This document shows, piece after piece, positions 48,204 through 57,522 of a stretch of 64,000 nt of DNA (position 1 is the stretch's first letter; the number at the start of each line of letters is the position of its first letter). A model generated the notes under the pieces. It was not told the DNA's origin, made no database searches, and saw only the letters and a list, made by a program, of their open reading frames with translations. Made by a program: the position numbers and the translations under genes. Location of the stretch: assembly GCA_963693055.1 (NCBI GenBank), contig OY843751.1:2272001-2336000 (forward strand), read 5' to 3'. The DNA comes from a bacterium. GTDB lineage: Bacteria; Zhuqueibacterota; Zhuqueibacteria; Residuimicrobiales; Krinioviventaceae.

Positions 48204-48229
48204 TGTAACAAAAGAATTTATTTTACGTT
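48204..48229 (+). promoter_or_regulatory. Putative internal ECF sigma promoter
   Basis: TGTAAC-N16-CGTT immediately after the upstream stop codon. Confidence 0.5.
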
Positions 48230-48252
48230 TTAATATAAAAATGGAGGCAAGA

Positions 48253-49236
48253 ATGGGAAAATTAAAATTATATCTTTTATCAACAGTTCTTTTCTTCTTT
48301 GTTGCGCAAGGTGCTTTTGCCGATATAGATGCAAATTTAAAAAAGACTTTTGATGTCAATAAAGGCGGTACATTAAATATTGAATCTGATTTTGGCAGTA
48401 TAGAAGTTTCAACTCATCAAAAGAATTCAGTAGTTGTTGAAATTTTAAGAGAAGTCGATGCCTTTACCAAGAAAGAAGCTGAAAGAATACTTGAAGACCT
48501 TGAAATTTCTTTTGATCAACAGGGAAATGATGTATATGTTGAAGCTGATTATCATAAAGATGGTTTCAGATGGGGAAATCGTCGTATCAAGATGAAATTT
48601 ATTGTAACAGTACCAGATGAATATAATGTTGATCTGAGCACTTCCGGAGGCAGTATTTCTGTAGATGATCTTAAAGGTGCTGTTGCTGCAAAAACTTCAG
48701 GTGGAAGTTTATCCTTTGGTAATATTGAAGGACCTGTAAATGGTCGTACTTCAGGTGGCAGTATAAGTCTTGATGGCTGCGATGGCAATGCGGATATTAA
48801 AACCTCTGGTGGAAGTATCAAGATAGGAGATGTTAATGGAAGTGTTGATGCACATACCTCTGGTGGTTCTATAAAAATTAATCGTGCAGAGGGCAATGTT
48901 ATTGCCAAAACTTCTGGTGGTAGTATCTCTGTTGAGGAAGTTCTAGGCGAGATTGAAGCAAAAACTTCGGGCGGTTCTGTTACTGCACGTATTTTATCTC
49001 AGCCCAAAGCCGATTGTACCCTTAGCACATCCGGTGGAAGTGTGAATATATACATGGCTAATAATGTGGATGTTAATGTAGATGCGAAAACCAGTGGCGG
49101 CCGTGTAAAAACTGAATTCCCCGTTACTATAAAAGGTGAAATTAAAAAGAACGAGTTAAAAGCCAAAATCAATGAAGGTGGCCCATTGCTTTATCTTCGT
49201 ACTTCTGGCGGAAATATAACTTTAAAAGAATTATAG
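48253..49236 (+). CDS. DUF4097-family beta-strand repeat protein
   Basis: GGAGG SD then ATG at 48253; signal peptide; about 10 TSGG motifs, mostly TSGGS(I/L/V). Confidence 0.85.
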   Translation: MGKLKLYLLSTVLFFFVAQGAFADIDANLKKTFDVNKGGTLNIESDFGSIEVSTHQKNSVVVEILREVDAFTKKEAERILEDLEISFDQQGNDVYVEADYHKDGFRWGNRRIKMKFIVTVPDEYNVDLSTSGGSISVDDLKGAVAAKTSGGSLSFGNIEGPVNGRTSGGSISLDGCDGNADIKTSGGSIKIGDVNGSVDAHTSGGSIKINRAEGNVIAKTSGGSISVEEVLGEIEAKTSGGSVTARILSQPKADCTLSTSGGSVNIYMANNVDVNVDAKTSGGRVKTEFPVTIKGEIKKNELKAKINEGGPLLYLRTSGGNITLKEL

Positions 49237-49258
49237 TAATAATTTTTTTTCTTTATCC

Positions 49259-49293
49259 AAAAAAGCCCTGAAATTTTTTCAGGGCTTTTTTTT
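49259..49293 (+). terminator. Rho-independent terminator
   Basis: AAAAAAGCCCTGAA-loop-TTCAGGGCTTTTTTTT. Confidence 0.88.
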
Positions 49294-49326
49294 GTTATAT
49301 CAGACAAAATTAATAAAGGGTAAAAT

Positions 49327-50022
49327 ATGACAAACAATTCTGGCTTTTCAGGCTTTCCCCGTGAAGGTGTAGATTTCTTGGGTGAATTAAAATTAAATAA
49401 TACAAAGCCCTGGTTTCAGGAGCACAAGAACGAATATGAAAAGTTTCTGGTAGATCCGGCAAGAGCGTTTATTTTGGAAATGGGGACCAGATTAACTATG
49501 CTTTCACCATCAGTTACCTTTGATCCCAGAATAGATAAATCTCTTTTCCGAATTTATCGGGATATCCGCTTTAGTAAAGATAAAACCCCATACAAGACAC
49601 ATCTGGCAATATGGTTTTGGGAGGGGAATCGGAAAAAGGTTGAAAACTCGGGCTACTATTTTCAACTTGATGCAGATCTTTTTTTACTGGCTGTAGGATT
49701 ATATACCTTTCCACCAGACTTGATTGATAATTATCGTCAAGCTGTTGATGATGATAAATCCGGTCAGGAATTAATCACTGCTGTTGAGCTGGTTGAAAGT
49801 AAAGGGTATGATGTGAGTGCTGAAACTTATAAACGTGTGCCGGGAGGATATGCCCAAGACCATCCACGTATGCGTTTTCTCAAGTATAAAGGTTTTGGTG
49901 CAATGAAAGCTTATCCAATAAATGAAATACTGCATTCAACTTATTTGATTGACTTCTGCTACAATGTGTATGAGGATCTTAGCCCACTTCATAACTGGTT
50001 GGTTAAATATGTAACAAAATAG
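49327..50022 (+). CDS. DUF2461 (TIGR02453) family protein
   Basis: 'FL.EL..NN.K.WF..HK.EYE', 'FRIYRDIRFSKDKTPYKTH', 'KRVP.GY..DHP...LK.K'. Confidence 0.9.
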   Translation: MTNNSGFSGFPREGVDFLGELKLNNTKPWFQEHKNEYEKFLVDPARAFILEMGTRLTMLSPSVTFDPRIDKSLFRIYRDIRFSKDKTPYKTHLAIWFWEGNRKKVENSGYYFQLDADLFLLAVGLYTFPPDLIDNYRQAVDDDKSGQELITAVELVESKGYDVSAETYKRVPGGYAQDHPRMRFLKYKGFGAMKAYPINEILHSTYLIDFCYNVYEDLSPLHNWLVKYVTK

Positions 50023-50182
50023 TTTCCAGCTTTTTCCCCTATTCTTGTTTGACTTGTTTTCTTATTTGGCATATTTTACGTATATTTCACAATCTAATCA
50101 TAATATTGAATTAATGAATTGATTTTAAATTCAATTGTGTCTAAATTATTATCTTTTGTTTTTGAAAAAGGAGAAACGGCTT

Positions 50183-50809
50183 ATGAATGCTGTATTGGAA
50201 AAAATCGGTCAAATGAGAATTGTGCCTGTTGTTGCGATCCACAATGCAAGTGATGCACAGCCACTAGCCCTGGCTTTAATGGAAGGTGGATTACCCTGTG
50301 CTGAAATAACATTTAGAACAGATGCTGCAGAAGACGCGATTAAGGCAATGGCAACAATTGATAATATGCTTGTAGGTGCCGGTACAGTATTAAAAGTTGA
50401 TCAGGTAAAAACAGCAGTAGATGCCGGTGCATCTTTTATTGTTTCACCTGGCTTTAACCCCAAAGTAGTTGAATATTGTGTTAAAAACAATATTCCTGTA
50501 ACACCGGGTATCAGTAATCCAACAGATATTGAAATGGCTTTGGATTTTGATCTTGAGGTTGTTAAATTTTTTCCTGCTGAGGCTTTTGGCGGATTAAAAA
50601 CGCTTAAAGCTATGAGCGCCCCGTATCATATGGTAAAATTCATACCCACGGGTGGAATTAACGCTGACAATCTTGTATCCTATTTGGAATTCCCCAAGGT
50701 ACTGGCCTGTGGTGGTAGCTGGATGGTTAAAGCAGATCTCATTAATGAAGGTAAATTTGAAGAGATATCCTGCCTTACCAGAAAGGCCATGGATATCGCA
50801 ATGTCTTGA
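50183..50809 (+). CDS. eda: KDPG/KHG aldolase
   Basis: 'GGLPCAEITFRT', 'VGAGTVL', 'FIVSPG', 'VKFFPAE', 'PTGGI', 'ACGGSW'; SD AAGGAG. Confidence 0.95.
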   Translation: MNAVLEKIGQMRIVPVVAIHNASDAQPLALALMEGGLPCAEITFRTDAAEDAIKAMATIDNMLVGAGTVLKVDQVKTAVDAGASFIVSPGFNPKVVEYCVKNNIPVTPGISNPTDIEMALDFDLEVVKFFPAEAFGGLKTLKAMSAPYHMVKFIPTGGINADNLVSYLEFPKVLACGGSWMVKADLINEGKFEEISCLTRKAMDIAMS

Positions 50810-50828
50810 CATAATTGAGGATATCATA

Positions 50829-52220
50829 ATGACCCAACCTGTTTTAACAAAAATAATTTGTTCAATATCCGACCGGAACGCGGGTAATGAATTTCTAACT
50901 GATCTTTTCAACAGTGGTACAAAAATCCTGAGATTAAATACCGCACATCAATCTGTTGAATCGACCAAAGAAGTGATTGATAATATTCGCAAAGTATCAG
51001 AGCGTATCAGCATTATGCTTGATACCAAAGGTGCTGAAATGCGTACAGCAAATGTTGCCGAGCCTATCACAGTTAAAAATGATGGAATGATCAAAATTGT
51101 TAACAGTCTGTCAGCAAAGCAATCTGATATTCCCGAATTTCTAATTAATTACAGTAATTTCGTCAAAGATGTACCCGTTGATTCAATGGTACTTGTTAAT
51201 GATGGAAGCATACGGTTAAGAGTAATTGAAAAAACAAAATCTTATTTACTTTGCCGTGCAGAGCAGGGTGGGACCATAGGAGATAAGCGTTCAGTAAACG
51301 TGCCTGATGTTCATATCAATCTTCCTGCAATTAATGTTAGGGATGATGATTATATTAGGCTGGCTGCTGACGAAAATGTTGAATATATTGCACATTCATT
51401 TGTGCGTTCAAAACAGGATGTTGAGGCGGTTCGTAGTCGTATTCAGCATTATGGCGGCAATTCACAATTGATTGCAAAAATTGAAAATTATGAGGGTATC
51501 AATAATCTTGATGAGATTATTGGTGCTGCTGATGCAATCATGATTGCACGAGGAGATCTTGGTGTTGAGGTCCCTTTTGAAAAAGTTGCCAAAATTCAAA
51601 AGCATATAATAAATCAGTGCCGGATAAATGAAAAACCGGTAATTCTTGCTACTCACTTGTTAGAAAGTATGCGGGAAAATATGCGTCCAACTCAGGCAGA
51701 AGTCAGTGATATTGCTAATGCGGTTTTTGACGGCATAGATGCATTAACCCTAACTGGTGAAACAGCTGCCGGAGCTTATCCTGTTGAGGCAGCACAAACT
51801 CTTGTTAGAATCGTGCAATATAATGAAAAATTGCACCCATTGCTGCCTGTAGATTCGAATCCGCCATTATCCGAACAAAATATTTATGAATGTCGTAAAG
51901 CAATGGAAGCTGCCAATTACCGACTTGCTAAAGCTATTGTAATTTCTTCAAAAGAGGAAAATACTATAAGATATTTAACTACATTTAGAAGCAGGGTTCC
52001 TTTGATTGTAGTTTGTTCTTCACAAAAACAAAGCAAGCGTTTTGCACTGTATTACAGTGTAACTCCTATAGTTTTGGAACATGAAAATTCTTTGTCTGAT
52101 CTGTTTAAACAATGGGATTTCACAGAATCTGACCATATTATTTATTTAACACCTCGCGATAATCATTTGCATTCTGAATTGTTAATTTTAAGAGAGGTGT
52201 GCCAGCACTTGAAAAAATAA
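50829..52220 (+). CDS. pyk: Pyruvate kinase
   Basis: 'RLNTAH', 'LDTKG.EMRT', 'IAKIEN', 'MIARGDLGVE', 'RPTQAEVSDIANAV.DG', 'GETA.G.YPVEA'. Confidence 0.92.
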   Translation: MTQPVLTKIICSISDRNAGNEFLTDLFNSGTKILRLNTAHQSVESTKEVIDNIRKVSERISIMLDTKGAEMRTANVAEPITVKNDGMIKIVNSLSAKQSDIPEFLINYSNFVKDVPVDSMVLVNDGSIRLRVIEKTKSYLLCRAEQGGTIGDKRSVNVPDVHINLPAINVRDDDYIRLAADENVEYIAHSFVRSKQDVEAVRSRIQHYGGNSQLIAKIENYEGINNLDEIIGAADAIMIARGDLGVEVPFEKVAKIQKHIINQCRINEKPVILATHLLESMRENMRPTQAEVSDIANAVFDGIDALTLTGETAAGAYPVEAAQTLVRIVQYNEKLHPLLPVDSNPPLSEQNIYECRKAMEAANYRLAKAIVISSKEENTIRYLTTFRSRVPLIVVCSSQKQSKRFALYYSVTPIVLEHENSLSDLFKQWDFTESDHIIYLTPRDNHLHSELLILREVCQHLKK

Positions 52221-52238
52221 CTGTTTACTTGGGTATAC

Positions 52239-52273
52239 AATAAAGCCGAATTGAAAAAGGTTCGGCTTTATTT
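52239..52273 (+). terminator. Rho-independent terminator after eda-pyk
   Basis: AATAAAGCCGAA...TTCGGCTTTATT. Confidence 0.8.
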
Positions 52274-52428
52274 ATTTAGTTGTTTTTCAATAAAAGCTAA
52301 ACTCCTGTTTTTATGTTGTTATTGTAAAAAATTTTATTTTAAATTCGTATTTTTTGTCTAAAATTGGTATATTAATTGTTACGTAATATTTGAATTCATA
52401 CAAATTGATTTTTTTTAGATTGGTAGTT

Positions 52429-54000
52429 ATGGCCTCACCCAATAATCGGTTGCTGGATAATTTTTTTATAAGGATGCTGTTAGGCCTTTTACTTGGTGCT
52501 TTGGCATTGAGTGTTGAACTTTTTTTTCAACAGGCTGTAATGGGACAAAATCCGTTTTTATTCCGTGCATATATAATTCCAATTGTATATGGGGGGCTTA
52601 GTGGTATATTATTGTCATATTTTTACACCAAAAATCAAACGGCCATTAAAAAAAAGCTGCGTTTTGAAACTACTCAAAAAAGCAGATACCAGCGTGAAAA
52701 TGAAAAAAATAATAAAATTTTAAAACATCTCAAGTCAAAACTCGATCATGAAATTTTTGAAAATAAAAACACTACATCTGCACTGCGTAAAGCAAAGCTG
52801 GAAATCAATAAAATCAATGATAGTTCCAATAGTATTGGCCGGGTATTGATTGTTGATGACGAGTATAATTTTTTGAAATTTTTACAAGACCAGATGTTCC
52901 AGGCTGAATTTGACGTTATTACTGCAACAAGCGGCAAAGAAGGTCTCATGAAGCTTACAGCTAATAATGTTGATCTGGTAATCAGTGATTATAAAATGCC
53001 AGAAATGTCAGGTGCTGATTTTTTAAAAAATGTTAAATTTGATTTTCCACAAGTTAGTCGTGCAGTTATGAGTGATTTTGAGTTTCAACCCTCAGTAGTT
53101 AAGATTCTTACTGAAGGACTTGCCACCACTGCTTTTGCTAAACCCCAGGGAAACGATGTCTCTCCTCTGACGCAGCAGATTACGAGAATGCTTAAAATGA
53201 GAAGGCAGTTGAATGATCAAAAAATATTGGAATTAATGGAAAGTATTGATCATTTACCCAAATTGCCATTTATTTTTAATGAATTTAATGACGCTGTAAG
53301 AAGAGAAGCCAATTTTCAAATGCTTTCTGAAATCATTAGTAAAGATGCTGGCATTTCTACAAAGTTGATGCAAATTGCCAATTCAGCGTTTCTAGCTACA
53401 GAAAAAACATCATCTCTTGAACAATCTATCATGATGTTAGGTGTTAATGCTACCCGTGATATTGTATTGACTGTTTCTTTGATGGAGCAGGGAACAGAGA
53501 AAAAAGAACATTTGGATTATTTCCAAAAAATCATGAAGCATTCTACTGTAGTTAACAAGTACATGGATCCCATTAGCAAAATTGTTTTAGGCAAAGGAAT
53601 TGATAGAAATTTTAAATCTATAGGCCTTACACATGATATTGGTAAAATCATGTTGTTGCAGCACTTTCCTGACCGTTTTGAAAAAATCATTTCATACCAG
53701 TTTTCTCATCCTAATACCAGTTTCTATGAAAGTGAAATAGCCTTGGGATATGAGAATTGCACCCATTCTGAAATTGGTGCTTATCTGCTCGATCTGTGGA
53801 ATTTTCCGGATGCAACTGTAGAAGTCTCTTTATTTCATCATAAACCCTCCGATGCCAGAGATATAAAAAATGTTGACGTTTTAAAAGCAGTAACCATTAC
53901 TAATGAATTGGTCAATTATTTAACCCGCCCGGTAAATATTGAAAATGTTAATTTTAGCAACATGTTTAAAGCTATTCGAGCTGATCTCCTTAAAAACTAG
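52429..54000 (+). CDS. Membrane-anchored REC + HDOD signalling protein
   Basis: Two N-terminal TMs, coiled coil; REC 'VLIVDDE..LVISDYKMPEMSG'; HDOD 'LPKLP..D.GIS.KLMQIANSAF', 'GLTHDIGK', 'HSEIGAYLL..WNFP'. Confidence 0.85.
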   Translation: MASPNNRLLDNFFIRMLLGLLLGALALSVELFFQQAVMGQNPFLFRAYIIPIVYGGLSGILLSYFYTKNQTAIKKKLRFETTQKSRYQRENEKNNKILKHLKSKLDHEIFENKNTTSALRKAKLEINKINDSSNSIGRVLIVDDEYNFLKFLQDQMFQAEFDVITATSGKEGLMKLTANNVDLVISDYKMPEMSGADFLKNVKFDFPQVSRAVMSDFEFQPSVVKILTEGLATTAFAKPQGNDVSPLTQQITRMLKMRRQLNDQKILELMESIDHLPKLPFIFNEFNDAVRREANFQMLSEIISKDAGISTKLMQIANSAFLATEKTSSLEQSIMMLGVNATRDIVLTVSLMEQGTEKKEHLDYFQKIMKHSTVVNKYMDPISKIVLGKGIDRNFKSIGLTHDIGKIMLLQHFPDRFEKIISYQFSHPNTSFYESEIALGYENCTHSEIGAYLLDLWNFPDATVEVSLFHHKPSDARDIKNVDVLKAVTITNELVNYLTRPVNIENVNFSNMFKAIRADLLKN

Positions 54001-54016
54001 CCTCTTGACTCACTGT

Positions 54017-54043
54017 TGAAACCTTTTTTTCTATTTCCCCGTA
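54017..54043 (+). promoter_or_regulatory. SigW-like ECF promoter
   Basis: TGAAAC-N17-CGTA ending 35 bp upstream of the ATG at 54079. Confidence 0.55.
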
Positions 54044-54078
54044 TGTTAGATTATACTAAACATAAAAGGAGAGCGGGT

Positions 54079-54666
54079 ATGATAAAGTTTTATCTACTAT
54101 TATTTCTATTTCCATTCTATTTATGCACCGGGGCCGAGATTGAAGAGGATTGCGATGAAATTACCCTGAACTTTAATGACGGAATATACATGGGTGAATT
54201 CAGCACGGATAATTTTAATCTCGATATTGAGGATGATGAAATTATATTCAAATCTAACGAAACTCGTGATGTTGTGGTCATGACCAAAGATTGCGGACTG
54301 TTGATTAACAACGAGTCTATCGATTTAAATGGCTATCAAACGGATATGGTTTGTGAATATCGTGAATTAATGTATGGGATTGTTGACGAAGCTAAAGATC
54401 TGGGATTAGCCGGAGCCAAAGTTGGTTTAAAAGGGGCTGCAATTGGTTTAACCGCTGCTGCAAGTGTGGTTAAGCTTTTATTACCAGGATATGATGAGGA
54501 AGATCTTGAACGCGATATTGAATTTAAAACTGAAAAATTAGAGCTTGAAGCAGAAAAACTGGAAAAAAAGGGGGAAGAGATTGAAGTCATGGGTGATCAT
54601 TTGGATGATTTGCATGATGAATTAAAAGATAGTATTCCTGAATTAAAGGAATTGGGCTGGTTTTAA
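54079..54666 (+). CDS. Exported acidic protein, YggN/DUF2884-like
   Basis: Signal peptide; 'LLINNESIDL...Q', 'IVDEA..LG..GA', 'LELEAEKL', terminal 'SIPELK'. Confidence 0.6.
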   Translation: MIKFYLLLFLFPFYLCTGAEIEEDCDEITLNFNDGIYMGEFSTDNFNLDIEDDEIIFKSNETRDVVVMTKDCGLLINNESIDLNGYQTDMVCEYRELMYGIVDEAKDLGLAGAKVGLKGAAIGLTAAASVVKLLLPGYDEEDLERDIEFKTEKLELEAEKLEKKGEEIEVMGDHLDDLHDELKDSIPELKELGWF

Positions 54667-54678
54667 ACCAGCCCTTTT
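54654..54678. terminator. Hairpin between convergent genes
   Basis: GGGCTGGTTT-T-AAACCAGCCC then TTTT, overlapping the stop codon. Confidence 0.65.
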
Positions 54679-54681
54679 CTA

Positions 54682-57501
54682 TTAATTTTTCTTTGATAAC
54701 AATCCGATAATACCAGCCAATATAAACAAAGTCGTCAGAAAACACATTGCAACTCCAATAAACAAAGCGCTGCCCAGTTGTCCGAATCCTCTCCATATTG
54801 AAAATACCAGAGATCCAAATCCCATCATGGTTGTTAATGACGTGAGAAGTATCGCTTTACCGGTACTGGAATAGACAAGTTGTAAATTACTCTTTCCTTC
54901 GCTGATCCATCGATGTATAACATGCACGCCATCATCTATTCCAATACCAATGATGAGCGGCAAGCCCATAACATTCATTACGGTTAATTGTAATCCCAAC
55001 AAGTGCATAGCGCCCACCATCCAGAACACACCGGCAATCAATGGTATCATGGCAATTAATGCATAACCCGGTTTTTTAAAGTCATACCACAATACAAAAA
55101 ACATCAGAATAATTGTCAATAATGCTGCGTTTCGTCCATCCTGGCCTATCACGTCTATCAAAGCTCTAAATACCGGCGGCATTCCGGTTGCGTTGGGGCT
55201 TATTCTTTCTAAATCATTTGAGAATTGTTCAAGAAATTTAGCATCTTGCCAGATATTTCCGGATGGAAAAACGGTAACCATGAACTGATCTCTTGTTTTG
55301 TTACTGTAACGGTCTTTGATAGATTCAGGTAAATCTTTAAATGTAATTTGGTCAACATTGCACATGTTTAATACTGAACTTTTAAAATAAGGGGCTGCCT
55401 GTTTTTGATAATCAGCCAGTTTAATTTTCGCAGTCGGATTTGATGCCAATTCATCTTTAATCAGTGATATATAGCTGGTTGGATTGTCGGCAGAAGGATC
55501 GCCCACAAGTTCTTTGCATTTTTTGTCTACCTTGTCTTGTCCGCCCAGATAAGCCATATCCTGCATTTCCATTATATTCATCTCAAGACGTTCAAGTTCG
55601 GTTATCAATTTGTCCATGTCTTTGGAAGAGATTTTGGATTGAATTACAGATTTTTCCAGTCTGTTTTGAATTTCATGTATGTGTGGTTTTCTTGCTTGCT
55701 GCTGTTTTACAGAAGGAAGATACATCGAGATATCATCCACTATGGCTACTGTTCCGGTCTTGCGATATTCTTCAGCGATCCTTCTTGATTCATCAATTGT
55801 TTCAGACAATACCATTCCATAATCCATGCTTAAATCAAATTTGTCCAGAATTGAATCCTGAAGTGCAATTGATGTAAGACCTTCCGGTTCAATATTCATG
55901 TAATTATGGTCAAAATTTATTCTAAAGGCGGCAATTGTTAATATGATTGTAAATAAAAATGCAATAGTGAGTGTAATTACCGGATGTTTGCCTAATTTTC
56001 CTGCAGTTTTACCCAAAAATATGAATGAAAGATCTCTCTTTTGAGTTACAATACCTTTTTGTTCTTTTTTCTTTTCACGTAAAACCAAAAGTGCAGGCAG
56101 GAATAAGAATGTAGAAATCATTATAGCAATCAACCCAAATCCACTTACCAATCCCATTTCTTTCATACCGCGAGAGCTGCTTATAACCAATGCAAGAAAT
56201 GCAATTGATGTTGTAATACCACCAGTCAATATGCCTCTGCCTATTTTGGAGAGGGTAAGCTCCAAGGATTCCTTGATGGATAAATGTTTGGCCCGGTATT
56301 CTGTAAAACCTGTTATAATATGGATTGAGAAATCAATACCTAAACCAATAAGAATAACCGTAAACATGTAGGTCATCATGTTGAGTTGACCCACTGTTAT
56401 AGCAGCTACACCCATTGCCCAAATGATTCCAATGATCAGATTTATGATTGCGTAAAATGGGGCCATCAACATTCTGAACGCAATAATAAGCATTACCAGA
56501 ATTGCTATAAATGCTATAACACTGGTAATCCCAAGGCTTTGTTCAGAATAAACCATTTCATCATGCGAAACTGCAATCATTCCAGTTAATCCGGCTTGTA
56601 CTCCGGGATATGCTTTTACATGATTGTCTACCAACTCTTGAACAACATCAGTTAAAAGAATGGTTTTATCCATTTCCATTAAACTAAATGTGGGTATTAT
56701 GTTCATAATAATAGCATCTTCGTCATACGACAACATAAAGGGATCGCCGTATAATAATTTGTCAATGACCTGTTTTGCCCGGGTTTCATCCACATTGCCC
56801 TTATTGTAATTTTGCAACAAAGTTATTAAATCTTTAATACCATTGAGAAATACAACCGCATTATCTTCTTTTTGACGTGTACTGATTGATTCTTTTTGTC
56901 CCACATATTCTTTTTCCATACTATTGTTCATATTTTCAATCAATGAGACAAGATTAGCATCGTAATACATATCTTTAATGTTTTTTAAATCATCTTCTTT
57001 AACCAGTAAAAGACCATTTTTTTTCAAAAAATCTATTTCGTTTTTATAATCAATTCGTTTAACCAGTTTTCTGGATATCAATGATTTTTGGGATGTAATT
57101 TCCTGTTCCAGTTCTTGAATGTCTTGGCTATTTTGCTCTTGCTTTGCTTGCAAGAGTTTTTGTTCTAATGTAGCAATTTCATCTTTTAACTCTGCGTTCT
57201 GGGTGGAATCAACAAGTGCCAGTATTTTCGGGGAAACTGATTCCGCAAATGATTTAATCTTTTTTTCATCTCCCTGTACCATGATGACCAAGCTGGTAGC
57301 TGTTGAAAATTCATCAAGGATTTTGTTAAATTGCAGTGTACGGATATCCTTTTCCGGTAAAAGATCTGACCATCGCATTGTAATATCGAGCTGTGAAGAA
57401 AATGCCATAAATATCACTGTCATTACGAGTACAAATGTGATCATCCTCCATGGATGTTCCGCATGCACATCAGCAAGCCTGGATAATAATTTCTCTCTCA
57501 T
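54682..57501 (-). CDS. MMPL/RND-family transporter (HpnN/YdfJ-like)
   Basis: Two repeats of a large periplasmic domain plus TMs; 'LIGLGIDFSIH', 'IIGIGIDDGVH', 'LTSLTTMMGFGSL'. Confidence 0.9.
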   Translation of the reverse strand: MREKLLSRLADVHAEHPWRMITFVLVMTVIFMAFSSQLDITMRWSDLLPEKDIRTLQFNKILDEFSTATSLVIMVQGDEKKIKSFAESVSPKILALVDSTQNAELKDEIATLEQKLLQAKQEQNSQDIQELEQEITSQKSLISRKLVKRIDYKNEIDFLKKNGLLLVKEDDLKNIKDMYYDANLVSLIENMNNSMEKEYVGQKESISTRQKEDNAVVFLNGIKDLITLLQNYNKGNVDETRAKQVIDKLLYGDPFMLSYDEDAIIMNIIPTFSLMEMDKTILLTDVVQELVDNHVKAYPGVQAGLTGMIAVSHDEMVYSEQSLGITSVIAFIAILVMLIIAFRMLMAPFYAIINLIIGIIWAMGVAAITVGQLNMMTYMFTVILIGLGIDFSIHIITGFTEYRAKHLSIKESLELTLSKIGRGILTGGITTSIAFLALVISSSRGMKEMGLVSGFGLIAIMISTFLFLPALLVLREKKKEQKGIVTQKRDLSFIFLGKTAGKLGKHPVITLTIAFLFTIILTIAAFRINFDHNYMNIEPEGLTSIALQDSILDKFDLSMDYGMVLSETIDESRRIAEEYRKTGTVAIVDDISMYLPSVKQQQARKPHIHEIQNRLEKSVIQSKISSKDMDKLITELERLEMNIMEMQDMAYLGGQDKVDKKCKELVGDPSADNPTSYISLIKDELASNPTAKIKLADYQKQAAPYFKSSVLNMCNVDQITFKDLPESIKDRYSNKTRDQFMVTVFPSGNIWQDAKFLEQFSNDLERISPNATGMPPVFRALIDVIGQDGRNAALLTIILMFFVLWYDFKKPGYALIAMIPLIAGVFWMVGAMHLLGLQLTVMNVMGLPLIIGIGIDDGVHVIHRWISEGKSNLQLVYSSTGKAILLTSLTTMMGFGSLVFSIWRGFGQLGSALFIGVAMCFLTTLFILAGIIGLLSKKN

Positions 57502-57522
57502 TTTTACAAATGTCCTTTATGA

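Noticed and set aside
47330-49215. Regularly spaced ACNTCNGGNGG DNA repeats at about 54-bp period, superficially array-like
   Set aside because: They are synonymous-variable codons for TSGG protein repeats in the DUF4097 genes, not CRISPR or mobile repeats
50652-50828. ORF-track N-terminal extension of pyk overlapping eda
   Set aside because: Pyruvate kinase similarity begins at ATG 50829, which has a GAGG SD
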